NCBI RefSeq assembly: GCF_054482595.1
Contig: NZ_JBTHVH010000001.1
Length of the DNA stretch: 64,000 bases
Strand: one strand, 5' to 3'
Origin: a plasmid
Shown: positions 62,590 to 64,000 of the stretch, one piece after another
How positions within the stretch are numbered: position 1 is the stretch's first letter
Layout of the letters: each line of letters starts with the position of its first letter
Program-made: the position numbers and the translations under genes
Notes under the pieces: model-generated
What the model saw: the letters and a program-made list of their open reading frames with translations, nothing else
What the model was told of the DNA's origin: nothing
The model's database searches: none

Positions 62590-63294
62590 TCACTTCAACA
62601 TGGATGAGAAAAGAACAATCCCCGGGATAATTGCCCTTGTTGCGCTCATTTTCTCTTCCATGTGTGCCGCCAGCTTCATAAATTCAGTATCAATGGCCAT
62701 CCGTTTAATCGTTTCATAACGACGCTCAGCCTGATCTTCACGAGTACCGCTAACATCGTTATAAAGCTCACACTGATAAGCGAATTCCCAAAAACGCAAA
62801 TCAACGATCGCTTCTTTGAATTCCGCGTCGTCTTCAGCTGGCAATGCTGCACGGCGCATCTCCAGCATTTCCATTGCCCAACCATCAAGCGGCACGATAC
62901 GCCATTGATAAGGTACTCCCTCTACAGACACCTCAATATCGTCAATGAAAGGTTCCACTTCCAGGACCTGGATATCTTCAGCCAGAGCATTCATATCGCA
63001 ATCGTAATAATGCTCTTTACCGCAATGTTTACAGGTGTAGGTGAATGTCTCGACCGGTGTTTCACGGGAGCCGGTAAATATCCACCATAACGCGGTAATC
63101 CGGTCCTGCGCCGTCCATGTCAGGGGATCATGTTTCGCGGGTTCAGCCAGCAAGGCTTTTAAATACGCCGTTGTCTGTTGTTCTTGTTCCTCCGGTGTTA
63201 TCGAGTTGAAACGCATCGCATCAGCAATATTTGGCTGACGGAACTGGATCAATTCAGTTGGCCGCGATGGTAGCGGGAAAAGGGGTAAAAGCAT
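62590..63294 (-). pseudogene. chimeric truncated duplicate of 61072..61953 gene created at duplication junction
   Basis: First ~212 codons identical to the 293-aa gene, then 22 unrelated codons read from the repeat-unit end. Confidence 0.5.
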
Positions 63295-63308
63295 CCTTGC
63301 TCCTTAAT

Positions 63309-63920
63309 TCAAAGAGAAAAACTAAAGCCCAGAAGGGAAGCCAAAGAACTTGAGGATTGGTTAAACGTGCTGTGCAATGCGAAGGTCATTGGGAATGACT
63401 TAAATTCCGTAACCTGATCCCGCGCATAGGTGACATCGCCGGTAGTGACCGGGAATACCGTCATCTCATTTTCCAGTTTGGTTAAGCCGGAAGACAGCAA
63501 CCGATAAATACGCACATTGAGCAAATATTTAGACGGTATATTCCCGGTACCGTCCGGATTGATCACCCGACTTTTTGCCGTCTTAAACCAGTCTAAAACG
63601 AGGCCATCAACGGTATCCCTGACCATCATTGTTATCTGCCCAGGCGAACGCTCCGTTGGTTGAAGGATATTCCCTCCGCCGATTTTAATCGTTTCATATT
63701 CGATGCTGTAATCGTGGTAGGTAATGTCTTTGGCAAAGAAGTCTGCCCCCTCCAGTCCATCAACTTCGACAGAGAACTGCCATCCTTGCGCGAACAGCAT
63801 TTTGTTCATGATGATTGACGTCAGCTTACCAACTTCCCGCTCACCAACGCCGGAGCCAAATAATGTCGTCGTTAATGCCGAAGATACATAAGACTTTACT
63901 GAAGCAACATTAAGCCCCAT
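63309..63920 (-). CDS. tail tube-like protein (203 aa), copy 2
   Basis: Identical to 61968..62579. Confidence 0.5.
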   Translation of the reverse strand: MGLNVASVKSYVSSALTTTLFGSGVGEREVGKLTSIIMNKMLFAQGWQFSVEVDGLEGADFFAKDITYHDYSIEYETIKIGGGNILQPTERSPGQITMMVRDTVDGLVLDWFKTAKSRVINPDGTGNIPSKYLLNVRIYRLLSSGLTKLENEMTVFPVTTGDVTYARDQVTEFKSFPMTFALHSTFNQSSSSLASLLGFSFSL

Positions 63921-64000
63921 ATCAGCCCCCTCACTTCAACATGGATGAGAAAAGAACAATCCCCGGGATAATTGCCCTTGTTGCGCTCATTTTCTCTTCC

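Larger units (their letters stand above)
61319..64000. repeat. tandem direct duplication of a 1341-bp unit (two complete copies)
   Basis: 61319..62659 equals 62660..64000 over the stretches compared by eye; identical ORFs 61968..62579 and 63309..63920. Confidence 0.8.

Overview
This 64-kb window is a segment of a P1-like temperate phage / phage-plasmid (Punavirus-type). The anchors are a canonical 34-bp loxP site (21550..21583) followed by a Cre recombinase gene (22002..23033), a C1 repressor (283 aa) and Coi (69 aa) on the minus strand, pacA/pacB terminase genes with the hexanucleotide (TGATCA/G) pac site inside pacA, the phd-doc addiction module, SOS-linked hot and humD, and the 2255-aa DarB antirestriction protein. 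All calls are by eye from sequence and from recalled P1 biology; nothing was searched or computed. Backbone order in the window is: accessory genes (phosphatase, HAD, ASCH, PAPS-reductase-like), hot, humD, phd-doc, lpa, pacA-pacB, immC (c1-coi), loxP-cre, then darB-ulx-lxc (minus), portal/protease, SAR lysozyme, ssb, the darA operon, holins, tail fibre S/U, baseplate, Sit and tail tube. At least 14 matches to the 17-bp C1 operator consensus (ATTGCTCTAATAAATTT) are scattered in front of operons. Departures from the P1 layout as I recall it are the most interesting part: (1) two inverted c4-icd-ant-like antirepressor modules bracket the c1-coi-loxP-cre core; (2) where P1 carries ref/mat/res/mod there is instead an AT-richer two-gene cargo (MBL-fold hydrolase plus an unknown 213-aa protein); (3) a low-GC islet encodes a HipA-like kinase with a fused N-terminal HTH; (4) the cin invertase is a 44-codon remnant; (5) a 1341-bp unit carrying the tail-tube gene is tandemly duplicated, with the second copy ending exactly at the window edge. 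No rRNA, tRNA, CRISPR array or transposase was recognised.
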